Positions 10,495 to 19,122 of a stretch of 64,000 nt of DNA are shown here, piece by piece. The DNA lies in the NCBI GenBank assembly GCA_963662315.1, contig OY759353.1, positions 2,976,001 through 3,040,000 on the forward strand, read 5' to 3'. Within the stretch, counting starts at the first letter, position 1. Each line of letters begins with the position of its first letter. A model generated the notes under the pieces. The model was given only the letters and a program-made list of their open reading frames with translations, searched no databases and had not been told where the DNA came from. The translations under genes and the position numbers were made by a program. This DNA comes from Geopsychrobacteraceae bacterium. Its GTDB lineage: Bacteria > Desulfobacterota > Desulfuromonadia > Desulfuromonadales > Geopsychrobacteraceae.

Positions 10495-10558
10495 AAAGAA
10501 CAATTAGTTACATCTTGATAGATCAATAGAAAGCATACAAATCTTTAAGGTATTTGTA

Positions 10559-12259
10559 ATGATTCATGATTTGATCAAACAACTTGATGGTCAATTGGAA
10601 CAATTTTTGGCGCGTTGGTCATTTTTTTTGAAAACAAATGGTATCTCTGATCTTGTTTTCTGGACGCGTCATGAATCAATCGAAGCCTTTTATATAATTC
10701 TAAAGGACTTCAAAAAGATTGCCCACGTCGACCATACATCCTCACTTTCCTGCTTCCAGGAGCATTTAGCTTCAGCTATTCAATTTTTCATCCAAAAATC
10801 ACGAAAGCAATGCACTTACGGCGCTACACCAGAAATGATTTTGCTGGGATTCAAATCGATGCAAATGGCCTTTGAAGATCTCTTTGAGAAAAGCGTTTTA
10901 CTGACCAATAGCAATATGAAATATCATCTTTTATTTCGAAGATTTTTTGATGCTATTGAACTGAGTCTAACAGCAGATTTAGGAAAAGCAGACGTTGACA
11001 CATCACTGAGTGAAATCAAACAAATAAACAGGCTTCTGGCTCAGGAAAAGCATAACTACGAAAGTATATTTGAGTTAACCTCAAATTTGGTCCTGATCGT
11101 TGATGACGACTATATTGTCAAAACCACTAACCCTGCCACCAGATCCTGTTTCGTAAACATTAATCCCGAAGGACTCCACTGCGCAGACCTTTTGGGCCTG
11201 CCCGAGTTGAAGCAAAATAAAGTTTCAGATCAAATTGAGTATTTAAAAAATACCGAACTCACTATCGAGATCACAGGCATTAAACGAACCTTTAATTTAC
11301 AAATTAAACCATTGAGAAATGTTTCCGTATCGCTGTGCGGAGCAATTCTCATTTTAACAGATATTACCTGCATGGTTGATCATCAACACCTGCTCGAACA
11401 GAAAATAGCAGAACGAACACGCGCTCTATCAAATTCTGAAAAAATGCTTGATTCTATTTTTCAGTCCGTTGGCAAGGGTATTTTATTAATAGACAAGGAT
11501 TTCGAAATTATAGAAGCCAACTACCAAGCGAGTGAGATGTATGGAATCCCGCTAGAAATTCTTGTTGGTAGCAGACTTTCATCACTGGTCGACGATAATG
11601 GGTTATTTTATATCAATAATGGTTTCCAAACTCTTCTTGAGGGGCAGAAAAAAACAATTGAAGCAACGAGCAGGTATGTTGATGGTAGAATTTTCCCAAC
11701 ACACATGGTTATGACATGTATGGTACTGAACGAACAGCGCTTCTGGCCAATCATAGCCAGCGATATTTCCGAACAGTTAGCCCTGGAAAACGGTTTAAGA
11801 GAGGAAAAGAAACAAACCGAGGAAATGAATGTTACTTTAAGAAATGTTTTAAACAGTATTGAAGACGACCGGAAAAATAACGAGCGCCAATTGTCAAAAT
11901 GGGTACGCTCATCTATTTTGCCTGGATTGGAAAAAATTCGTCATGAAAAGAATTACGAAGTCCGCTCAAGTTATCTGAATATTCTTATGGATGATATCCT
12001 GACTTATTCTTCCGGAGCGGAAAATAAGCTAGACGGCGATCTCCTCAAACTGAGTAAAACTGAACTCAAAATTTGCCGTTTTATAAAATCCGGCCAGTCT
12101 GGTAAAGAAATCAGTGAAGCGATGAATTTAAGCTTTGAAACAATTCAAACTCACCGGAAAAACATACGAAAAAAACTTGGATTAAGCGGAAAAACAGTCA
12201 ATTTGCATGCCTTTTTGGTTAATCGTAATATCGACTGGGGCGGAATTGGTGTTGAGTAA
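10559..12259 (+). CDS. One-component regulator: N-terminal helical domain + two PAS-like domains + C-terminal LuxR HTH
   Basis: PAS starts (ESIFELTSNLVLIVD; DSIFQSVGKGILLID...ANYQASEMYG); LuxR HTH LSKTELKICRFIKSGQSGKEISEAMNLSFETIQTHRKNIRKKLGL. Confidence 0.85.
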   Translation: MIHDLIKQLDGQLEQFLARWSFFLKTNGISDLVFWTRHESIEAFYIILKDFKKIAHVDHTSSLSCFQEHLASAIQFFIQKSRKQCTYGATPEMILLGFKSMQMAFEDLFEKSVLLTNSNMKYHLLFRRFFDAIELSLTADLGKADVDTSLSEIKQINRLLAQEKHNYESIFELTSNLVLIVDDDYIVKTTNPATRSCFVNINPEGLHCADLLGLPELKQNKVSDQIEYLKNTELTIEITGIKRTFNLQIKPLRNVSVSLCGAILILTDITCMVDHQHLLEQKIAERTRALSNSEKMLDSIFQSVGKGILLIDKDFEIIEANYQASEMYGIPLEILVGSRLSSLVDDNGLFYINNGFQTLLEGQKKTIEATSRYVDGRIFPTHMVMTCMVLNEQRFWPIIASDISEQLALENGLREEKKQTEEMNVTLRNVLNSIEDDRKNNERQLSKWVRSSILPGLEKIRHEKNYEVRSSYLNILMDDILTYSSGAENKLDGDLLKLSKTELKICRFIKSGQSGKEISEAMNLSFETIQTHRKNIRKKLGLSGKTVNLHAFLVNRNIDWGGIGVE

Positions 12260-12287
12260 GGTTTCTGATTGTGAAAGTTGATAACAG

Positions 12288-13697
12288 ATGAATAACCAAC
12301 AAATATGGGATGAAGAGTATGATGTCGTTGTCATTGGCTCAGGATTTGCCGGCCTAGCTGCCGCGATTGAAGCCAAACAGGCTGGAGCCAGGGTCATTAT
12401 CATTGAAAAGATGGGTGTACCCGGAGGTAATTCTGCTATTAACGGCGGGCTTCTCGCTGTTGCAGGTTCCCCTTTACAAAGCCAAATGGGGATAAGTGAT
12501 TCACCCACCCAGTTGCTTGCTGATATGAAAAAAGCTGGAATGGATCTGAACTATCCCGATCTCGCCCGAATAGTCGCTGATAAGTCTCTTGAGATTCTAA
12601 ATTGGACTCAGGATTTCCTTGGCGTCAAATATCGTGACACCTTGAGCCATCTTGGCGGGCACTCAGTTCCGCGCACTTATATTACGTCTAATGGCAATGG
12701 CTCAGGAATTCTCCAGCCAATGCTGGCTAAATGTCGTGAATTGGAAATTCCTCTACTATTAAAAACCATTTGCACTAAAATTTTAAAAAATTCCCCTCAC
12801 CAAGTTGAGGGGATTGTTGTCCACAAAAATTATTTATTCCCGCAAAAAGGTAGTGGCGAATCAAGGCGCATTCGTAGTCATCGTGGCGTCATTCTTGCCA
12901 GTGGTGGTTTTGGTAGAGATATCGAGTTCAGGACAACACAAGATCCTCGCCTTATTGAGTCAATAGACAGCACCAACCACTTGGGAGCAACAGCGGATGG
13001 GCTCATCGCAGCCTTACAAGCAGGTGCGACTCCTGTACATTTATCATGGATTCAACTGGGACCATGGGCCTCATTTGATGAAAAAGGCTGGGGCGTTGGT
13101 TCTATGTTTACCCTGCTTGCCGGATTCCCCTACGGCATTATGGTGGATGCGAATACAGGAAAACGCTTCGTCAATGAGTCCTCTGATCGAAAATTGCGTA
13201 CTGATGCAATGCTGGAACGCTCACGTATTCCTGTCGCTATCCTTGATAGTGAAGGCGTGAAACATGCAACAACATTAGATAGCTGCCTTAAAAAAGGCAT
13301 TGTTAAAGCATTTGATTCAATTGAGAGTTTGGCAATAGCTTATCAAATTCCACTGGTAGCATTAAAAGAAACTTTAGAAAAATACCATCTATCCCTGATG
13401 TATGGTCGTGATACAGAGTTTGGCAAATTATTAACATCTGAGTGCAGACCAATAGAACAGCCTCCTTTTTACACTATTCGTCTGCTCCCAAAGGTTCATC
13501 ACTGTATGGGTGGGGTGCAAATTAATAAATTTGCCCAAGTCATCGGACTGGAAAATCACAAGCCCATTCCTGGATTTTATGCTGCGGGTGAAGCTGTCGG
13601 TGGAATTCATGGCGCCTCTCGTCTGGGAAGTACTTCAATTGTTGATTGTTTAGCTTTTGGACGTATTGCCGGACAACATGCGGCTTTAAACCGTTAA
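12288..13697 (+). CDS. Flavocytochrome c flavin-subunit homologue, no signal peptide (cytoplasmic)
   Basis: DVVVIGSGFAGLAAA starts at about residue 12; GGHSVPR, IQLGPW, RFVNE, VHHCMGG, AAGEAVGGIHGASRLG. Confidence 0.9.
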   Translation: MNNQQIWDEEYDVVVIGSGFAGLAAAIEAKQAGARVIIIEKMGVPGGNSAINGGLLAVAGSPLQSQMGISDSPTQLLADMKKAGMDLNYPDLARIVADKSLEILNWTQDFLGVKYRDTLSHLGGHSVPRTYITSNGNGSGILQPMLAKCRELEIPLLLKTICTKILKNSPHQVEGIVVHKNYLFPQKGSGESRRIRSHRGVILASGGFGRDIEFRTTQDPRLIESIDSTNHLGATADGLIAALQAGATPVHLSWIQLGPWASFDEKGWGVGSMFTLLAGFPYGIMVDANTGKRFVNESSDRKLRTDAMLERSRIPVAILDSEGVKHATTLDSCLKKGIVKAFDSIESLAIAYQIPLVALKETLEKYHLSLMYGRDTEFGKLLTSECRPIEQPPFYTIRLLPKVHHCMGGVQINKFAQVIGLENHKPIPGFYAAGEAVGGIHGASRLGSTSIVDCLAFGRIAGQHAALNR

Positions 13698-13766
13698 ATT
13701 TGTATTCTTCATATTTTGACGGCAAAAAAATAACTTTACCGTTTTTGTCACCTTGTGCAGCAAGAG

Positions 13767-13792
13767 TATCGGGTATGCTCTTTTACCCGATA
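13767..13792. promoter_or_regulatory. Perfect 9-8-9 inverted repeat upstream of the periplasmic reductase gene (candidate operator)
   Basis: TATCGGGTA-tgctcttt-TACCCGATA. Confidence 0.5.
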
Positions 13793-13963
13793 AAACCCCG
13801 ATTGGTCCCCTACCTGTTTTGTCGACTCGATGCTAAGCTCCCGAAAAACAAGAGGTCTTCTCATGTCATAATCTGACCGAATATCAATTCATAAATTCTG
13901 TCACTGTGGTCTGATTCTGACGCTGGAGTAGGTTGTAACTAAGACACGATACGGGAGGTAAGA

Positions 13964-15496
13964 ATGAAAGAGCCGAAGGAAGGTCATCAAACAGATCGTC
14001 GTAAATTTCTGGCTGGAATGGGAATTGCCGGTGCTGCAGTAGGACTCGCTGCCCCATCCATTGCCTTGGGGGCTGCTAAATCTGGCACCCAATGGGACCA
14101 GGAGCATGAAGTTGTCATAATTGGCTCAGGTTTTGCGGGACTCGCTGCCGCAATTCAAGCTAAGCGTCTAGGCGCTAAAGACGTTGTTATCTTTGAAAAA
14201 ATGGCTGTATTCGGTGGGAACTCTGCCTACAATGGCGGCCTTTTTGCGGTTCCAAATTCTCCTTTACAAAAAAAAGAGGGGGTTAAAGATTCTCCAGAGC
14301 AAATGGTTGCAGATCAGCTTAAAGCTGGTCGCGGCATTGCTTACCAAGACCTGCTCTTGCATGTTGCCCAAAATGCCAGCAAGGCTCTGCAGATGACATT
14401 GGATGCGGGCTCACAATATTTCCCTTATCTGCAGCAACTTGGTGGCCACTCTGTGCCCCGCACCTATCAGACTGTTGAGGCAGTCGGCGCAGGAATTACC
14501 CAGCCCCTGCTGAACGAATGTAAAAAGCTTGGGGTTCGACTGGTCAATCGGGCCAAATTCGACAGCCTCATTTTCGATGACAACGGTAAAGTTGTCGGTG
14601 CCAAGATTTATCAAGGTTACTACTTTGGCCGTGGCAAAGAAGGCAATCCGATCAATGTTCGTTCCGCACGCGGCCTTCTTATCGCCACCGGCGGTTTTGC
14701 TCGGAATGTTGGCTTGCGTTCAGCCCAGGATCCGACACTGACTGCTGAAGTCCCTTCAACCAACCCACCGAATGCAACAGGTGAAGCGTTGCTGGAAATG
14801 TTCCGTGCAGGGGCGGTACCAGTTCACATGGCTCACATTCAGACCGGGCCTTGGGCTTCTCCGGATGAAGATGGTTTCGGTTATGTTTCCAACTATTCTA
14901 TCTACAACTTTGCTCACTCAATTTCGGTTTACCCCAAAACCGGCCGTCGTTTCATGAATGAAATCGCCGACCGTAAAACACGTTCAGATGCTCAATTGCA
15001 GTGCCGTGACGACAACGGAAAACCACTTCCGCCAGTTACAATCACGAGCTACGAACATGCCAAAGAGCACCCCACGATGAAAAAAGTTCTCAAGTATGGG
15101 GTTGGTTGGAAATTCGATACATTGGAAGACCTGGCAAAACATTTCAACATTCCCCTTGGGCCGCTTAAAAAGCAAATTGATGAATATAATGATTATGTGA
15201 AGGCCGGAGTGGACAAACAGTTTGGCAAGCCGATGGAAAAGGCCAAAGGTAAATACCTTAAAGCCCCATTCGTTACCGTACGCAACTGGCCAAAGGTCCA
15301 CTATTGTCAAGGCGGAGCCCAAATCGATGTCCAAGCTCGCGTTATCGACTCAACCACCTGGAAACCAATTCCTGGCTTGTATGCTGCCGGGGAAGTTACA
15401 GGAGGAATGCATGGTATTAGCCGTTTAGGAAGTTGTTCCATCCCAGATTGTATGGTCATGGGAATGACTGCCGCTGAATCAATGATGAAGTCATAA
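13964..15496 (+). CDS. Tat-exported flavocytochrome c flavin subunit, probable (meth)acrylate reductase (ArdA/Mrd-like)
   Basis: Twin-arginine signal TDRRKFLAGMGIAGAAVGLAAPSIALGA; GSGFAG; IQTGPWASPDE; RFMNEIADRK; VHYCQGG; GISRLGS. Adjacent to a tetraheme cytochrome and dddY. Confidence 0.85.
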   Translation: MKEPKEGHQTDRRKFLAGMGIAGAAVGLAAPSIALGAAKSGTQWDQEHEVVIIGSGFAGLAAAIQAKRLGAKDVVIFEKMAVFGGNSAYNGGLFAVPNSPLQKKEGVKDSPEQMVADQLKAGRGIAYQDLLLHVAQNASKALQMTLDAGSQYFPYLQQLGGHSVPRTYQTVEAVGAGITQPLLNECKKLGVRLVNRAKFDSLIFDDNGKVVGAKIYQGYYFGRGKEGNPINVRSARGLLIATGGFARNVGLRSAQDPTLTAEVPSTNPPNATGEALLEMFRAGAVPVHMAHIQTGPWASPDEDGFGYVSNYSIYNFAHSISVYPKTGRRFMNEIADRKTRSDAQLQCRDDNGKPLPPVTITSYEHAKEHPTMKKVLKYGVGWKFDTLEDLAKHFNIPLGPLKKQIDEYNDYVKAGVDKQFGKPMEKAKGKYLKAPFVTVRNWPKVHYCQGGAQIDVQARVIDSTTWKPIPGLYAAGEVTGGMHGISRLGSCSIPDCMVMGMTAAESMMKS

Positions 15497-15512
15497 GAAT
15501 AAAGGAGTCGAT

Positions 15513-15902
15513 ATGAAAACGTTCAGCAAAGGTATATTGCTTGCTATTGTCATGATGTTTGTCGCATCAAGCGGCTTTGCTACCGAAACACTGAAGCAAT
15601 TCGATGGCATCAAAGGCCGTACTTACCATAGTGATTTTTATAATGAGAAAGCCTGTGACAGTTGTCATAGCAGCAAAGCGCCACTGTCTTTACCAGCAGA
15701 TGACGCCTGCGTGTCTTGTCATGATTTAAAGGAGCTGATTGACTCAACATCTCGCCCCGAAGATGAAAAGTGGCAAAATCCCCACAACAATATGCATTAC
15801 GGAAAAGATGTCCCATGTATGGAATGTCATGGAGAGCACGAATCACGTAAGCCTCTGTGTCAAGGGTGCCATTCTTTCAAATATACAAAATTTAATCAGT
15901 AA
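15513..15902 (+). CDS. Periplasmic tetraheme cytochrome c (ArdB-like partner of the flavin subunit)
   Basis: Sec signal; four CxxCH motifs (CDSCH, CVSCH, CMECH, CQGCH); NPHNNMHY; AAGGAG RBS. Confidence 0.92.
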   Translation: MKTFSKGILLAIVMMFVASSGFATETLKQFDGIKGRTYHSDFYNEKACDSCHSSKAPLSLPADDACVSCHDLKELIDSTSRPEDEKWQNPHNNMHYGKDVPCMECHGEHESRKPLCQGCHSFKYTKFNQ

Positions 15903-15917
15903 AATTGCTATTCCGTG

Positions 15918-15947
15918 GCCCGGCAGATATTGCCGGGCATTTTTTTT
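15918..15947 (+). terminator. Intrinsic terminator between the cytochrome gene and tatA
   Basis: GCCCGGCA-GATAT-TGCCGGGC-A followed by a T8 run. Confidence 0.75.
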
Positions 15948-15994
15948 AGGCAAGGAGTAATGAATGTTTGGTTTAGGCACGCAAGAACTACTTA

Positions 15995-17514
15995 GTCGTC
16001 CCTGAAAAAATATAACTATCTGCAATTATTGATTAAAATTGCAGCGTAAAATTGTTAAAATCACCAGAAATAGTACTTCAGCCCTTAAAACGTGGTGATT
16101 TTATGAAGCCAAAAGATACGCAGAATGAGCAATCAGATCTGTTTCGTGCCCGGCTTGATCAGATCCTGAACCGCGAACATCCCCTGTTTGTTCTGGCCAA
16201 CCAGGTTGATTGGTCGGTCTTTGATGAAAAGTTTGGAACCCTCTACTCCGAAAGGGGGCGTCCTGGCAAACCAACACGGCTCATGGTGGGCTTGCATTAT
16301 CTCAAGCACGCTTATGATGAAAGCGATGAATCCGTGGTCGCACGCCTTTTGGAGAATGGCTATTGGCAGTATTTTTGTGGTTTTGAGTACTTCATTCATC
16401 AACTGCCGGTCGATCCGACCTCAATGACGCGTTGGCGCAAACGGATTGGCCCGAAGAACATGGAGCAACTCCTCAGAGAGACACTGGCAACAGCAAAGCG
16501 GGAAGAGCATTTAACGAGCAGCACATGGAACGGGTCAATGTTGATACGACCGTTCAGGAAAAAGCGATTGCCTTTCCAACAGATTCCCGGTTGTACCACA
16601 AGGCCAGAGTCCTGTTAGTCAAAGCTGCTAAGAAACGGAATATTCCCCTGCGCCAGAGTTATGTGCGTCTGGGGAAAAGAGCCCTGATCATGAATGGTCG
16701 CTATGCCCATGCCCGACAGATGAGGCGAGCCAAGAAAGAACAGAAGAAGCTCAAAAACTATCTGGGACGCGTTTATCGCAATATATTGCGGAATTGTCCC
16801 GAGCCAGATGAAGAACTCTCCATTCTTCTGACTAAAGCCAGGCGGATTTTGTTACAGCAGCGTAGCGACAAAAATAAGCTGTACAGCCTGCATGCCCCGG
16901 AAGTGGAATGTATTGCCAAAGGCAAAGCGCATAAAAAATACGAGTTCGGCTGCAAGGTTTCCGTGGTAACGACCTCCGAAGACAACTGGATTGTCGGTGT
17001 CGAAGCTCTGCATGACAATCCATTTGACGGGCACACCCTGAAGGGAGCCCTCAAGCAAATGAAACGGGTTGTTGGCTGGAATGCTCAAAGTGCCTATGTC
17101 GACAAAGGTTACAAAGGGAATCCGAAGAAGCTGGGGGATACCACCATTCATCTGGCAAACCGGAGCAAAAAGAGCATGAAGCCAAGCGAATGGCGCTGGT
17201 TTAAACGACGAAACGCTATTGAGCCGGTGATAGGTCACATGAAGAACGACAACCGGATGGATCGTAATTATCTCAGTGGGACCGACGGCGACAAGATGAA
17301 TGCTATCCTGGCGGCTTGCGGGTTCAACTTAAGAAAGCTCTTACGGGCTATCTTTTGGCTAATTGTCAAAGAACTTGAGCGGCACAAACTGATAAGTTTT
17401 GGCCAGATGTGCCGCACTTGGTTTCTGATCTTTTCGTGTGAACATTTAACTCCGAATTCGGCGCCCTCAATTTAAGTTCGCCTGAGAGCCGATTTCGATT
17501 TTTTCAGGACCGAC
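15995..17514 (+). mobile_element. IS5-family insertion sequence, 1520 bp
   Basis: Terminal IRs GTCGTCCCTGAAAAAA and (reverse complement) GTCGGTCCTGAAAAAA, 14/16 identical. Direct repeat TACTTA at 15989-15994 and 17515-17520. Confidence 0.95.
16103..17475 (+). pseudogene. IS5-family DDE transposase split by a -1 frameshift near 16511-16515
   Basis: Frame 1: MKPKD...GRPGKPTRLMVGLHYLKH...WQYFCG...DPTSMTRWRKRIG. Frame 2 continues VDTTVQEKAIAFPTD...KGKAHKKYEFG...VDKGY...RRNAIEPVIGHMK. Confidence 0.88.
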
Positions 17515-17743
17515 TACTTATTATTCTCGCGCTGGTGATGATTATCTTCGGTGCTGGAAAACTCCCCCAGATTGGGACAGCCATGGGACAGGGACTGAAA
17601 AATTTCAAGACCGGAATCAAAGAAGCTGAAACAGAAATCGAAGACCTGGAGCCCCCTCAGGCATAGGCTTTTTTTTTAACAGCAGTAACAAGAAATTACC
17701 GAATCCAATGCTGAGTCTATACTGTCCTAATAAAAGGAGATCC

Positions 17744-19039
17744 ATGGACATGAACATTCACAAGCGTAATAGTTATTTTTATCCAAAAGTTCAGTTACAA
17801 CTTTTTCTTATTTTTCTATTATTTGTGATGCCAGCAAGTCTTTTCGCGGCTGAAATTCCTGACTTCCTAGATAAAAACGATATTGTCGACGCAGAGTTCA
17901 AATGCCTGCAACAACCAGTCAGTTACTCTGTTGAAGATCAAAAATATGTCGACATCCTTTGGAACGAAACTCTTACATATTTAAGCGCTTATGCCCAGGC
18001 TCTGACCAATGATGCCCAAACTGATTGTCTTAATTCCGACAGTACAGTTTATGAGACCGCAGGCGGCGTCAAACGCATGTGCATTATGGACCGCCGAGAT
18101 ATGAAGAATATGGTTAAAAATATCTATCAGGTTGTCAATAATCCAGAAAAGGCTAAAAAATGTTTCAGTGCCCGTGAAGACGTCGACTGGATTTACAGCC
18201 CTGGCGGCGAACTAGAACAAAACTCTCCCGTTGCTAAGTGGCTAAAACGCACGACTTTCAAAGAGTTTTTTGACAATAAAGTCACTAATCCGGAAGTCAC
18301 AGCATACGGCAAAAAATTCACCAAAAATTTCTACAAAATGGTGACCGGTCCGGACATCAAAATGCCTGACAGCTTCCCTTACGACATCAGCGCTAATTCG
18401 TTACCCAACCTCTGGGCATCCGTAGGCTGGTTTCCAATGTACGCAGAAGATAGCCAGCGTAATAAAAGAAACTTCACGAATATCCGTGGCGGCTATGCCT
18501 ATGCCGAGGTATTCGGACACTGGGGATTACTTCGCATAGATGAAATTAATGGTGTCAAAGTTGGTGCCGAAGTTGGCATGGTGACCCAATCTGTAGATAC
18601 CTTTTATCCTTATCACAATCATGCGATTTCTGAAATTTATTACACCATGAGACAGCCTGCCTGTGTGAACCAATTCAAAAACTTTGCGATTCGTGAAGAT
18701 AATGTCTTGATCAAGCAAGTAGGGGAAAATGAGAAAGTTCGAGTGGTTAATTTCGACACTGGAATGATGAATGAACATAAAATGTGGAGTGCAACATCAC
18801 CTCAACAAGACCCCCTGATTTACTTTCATGAAAACACGATCCATGCTTTCGACATTGACGGAAGCTGCGAGGCACAGCCTGAAGAGAAAGCAATGGTAAC
18901 GGTGTGGGCCCGGAGTAATGCCGATGACAGACGTAATGACTACGGAACCACTATTCTTTGCGAATCAAAAGACCATCCAGATACTCCTGCAAAACGCGGG
19001 GAAGTTATTGAATGTGATCTGACAAAGATGAAGTGGTAA
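17744..19039 (+). CDS. dddY: Periplasmic DMSP lyase DddY
   Basis: Sec signal (…LFVMPASLFA); LPNLWASVGWFPMYAE, RGGYAYAEVFGHWG, KVGAEVGM, cupin motif YPYHNHAISEIYY, YFHENTIHAF, VTVWARS; several paired Cys. Start at ATG 17744 (AAAGGAG RBS). Confidence 0.88.
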   Translation: MDMNIHKRNSYFYPKVQLQLFLIFLLFVMPASLFAAEIPDFLDKNDIVDAEFKCLQQPVSYSVEDQKYVDILWNETLTYLSAYAQALTNDAQTDCLNSDSTVYETAGGVKRMCIMDRRDMKNMVKNIYQVVNNPEKAKKCFSAREDVDWIYSPGGELEQNSPVAKWLKRTTFKEFFDNKVTNPEVTAYGKKFTKNFYKMVTGPDIKMPDSFPYDISANSLPNLWASVGWFPMYAEDSQRNKRNFTNIRGGYAYAEVFGHWGLLRIDEINGVKVGAEVGMVTQSVDTFYPYHNHAISEIYYTMRQPACVNQFKNFAIREDNVLIKQVGENEKVRVVNFDTGMMNEHKMWSATSPQQDPLIYFHENTIHAFDIDGSCEAQPEEKAMVTVWARSNADDRRNDYGTTILCESKDHPDTPAKRGEVIECDLTKMKW

Positions 19040-19057
19040 AGACTCATGGGTTAATTT

Positions 19058-19122
19058 AAGCTTTCAACATGATATGTCCATAACATTCATAAGTTGTCGG
19101 AAAATCATGTTGAAAGCTTTTT
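19058..19122 (+). terminator. 16-bp perfect inverted repeat with 30-nt loop after dddY
   Basis: AAGCTTTCAACATGAT (19058-19073) / ATCATGTTGAAAGCTT (19104-19119), followed by Ts. Confidence 0.5.

Larger units (their letters stand above)
15964..17666 (+). pseudogene. tatA: tatA/tatE (twin-arginine translocase subunit) interrupted by an IS5-family element
   Basis: Joining 15964-15994 to 17521-17666 gives an intact 58-aa ORF: MFGLGTQELLIILALVMIIFGAGKLPQIGTAMGQGLKNFKTGIKEAETEIEDLEPPQA*. AAGGAG RBS upstream. Confidence 0.95.

Noticed and set aside
12288..15496. Calling the two flavoproteins fumarate or urocanate reductases
   Set aside because: Both replace the HP(T) motif with GPW, and the dddY context favours acrylate.
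16052..17475. Two separate transposase genes (orfA/orfB) with programmed frameshifting
   Set aside because: The halves form one continuous IS5-type transposase and there is no canonical slippery heptamer at the junction.
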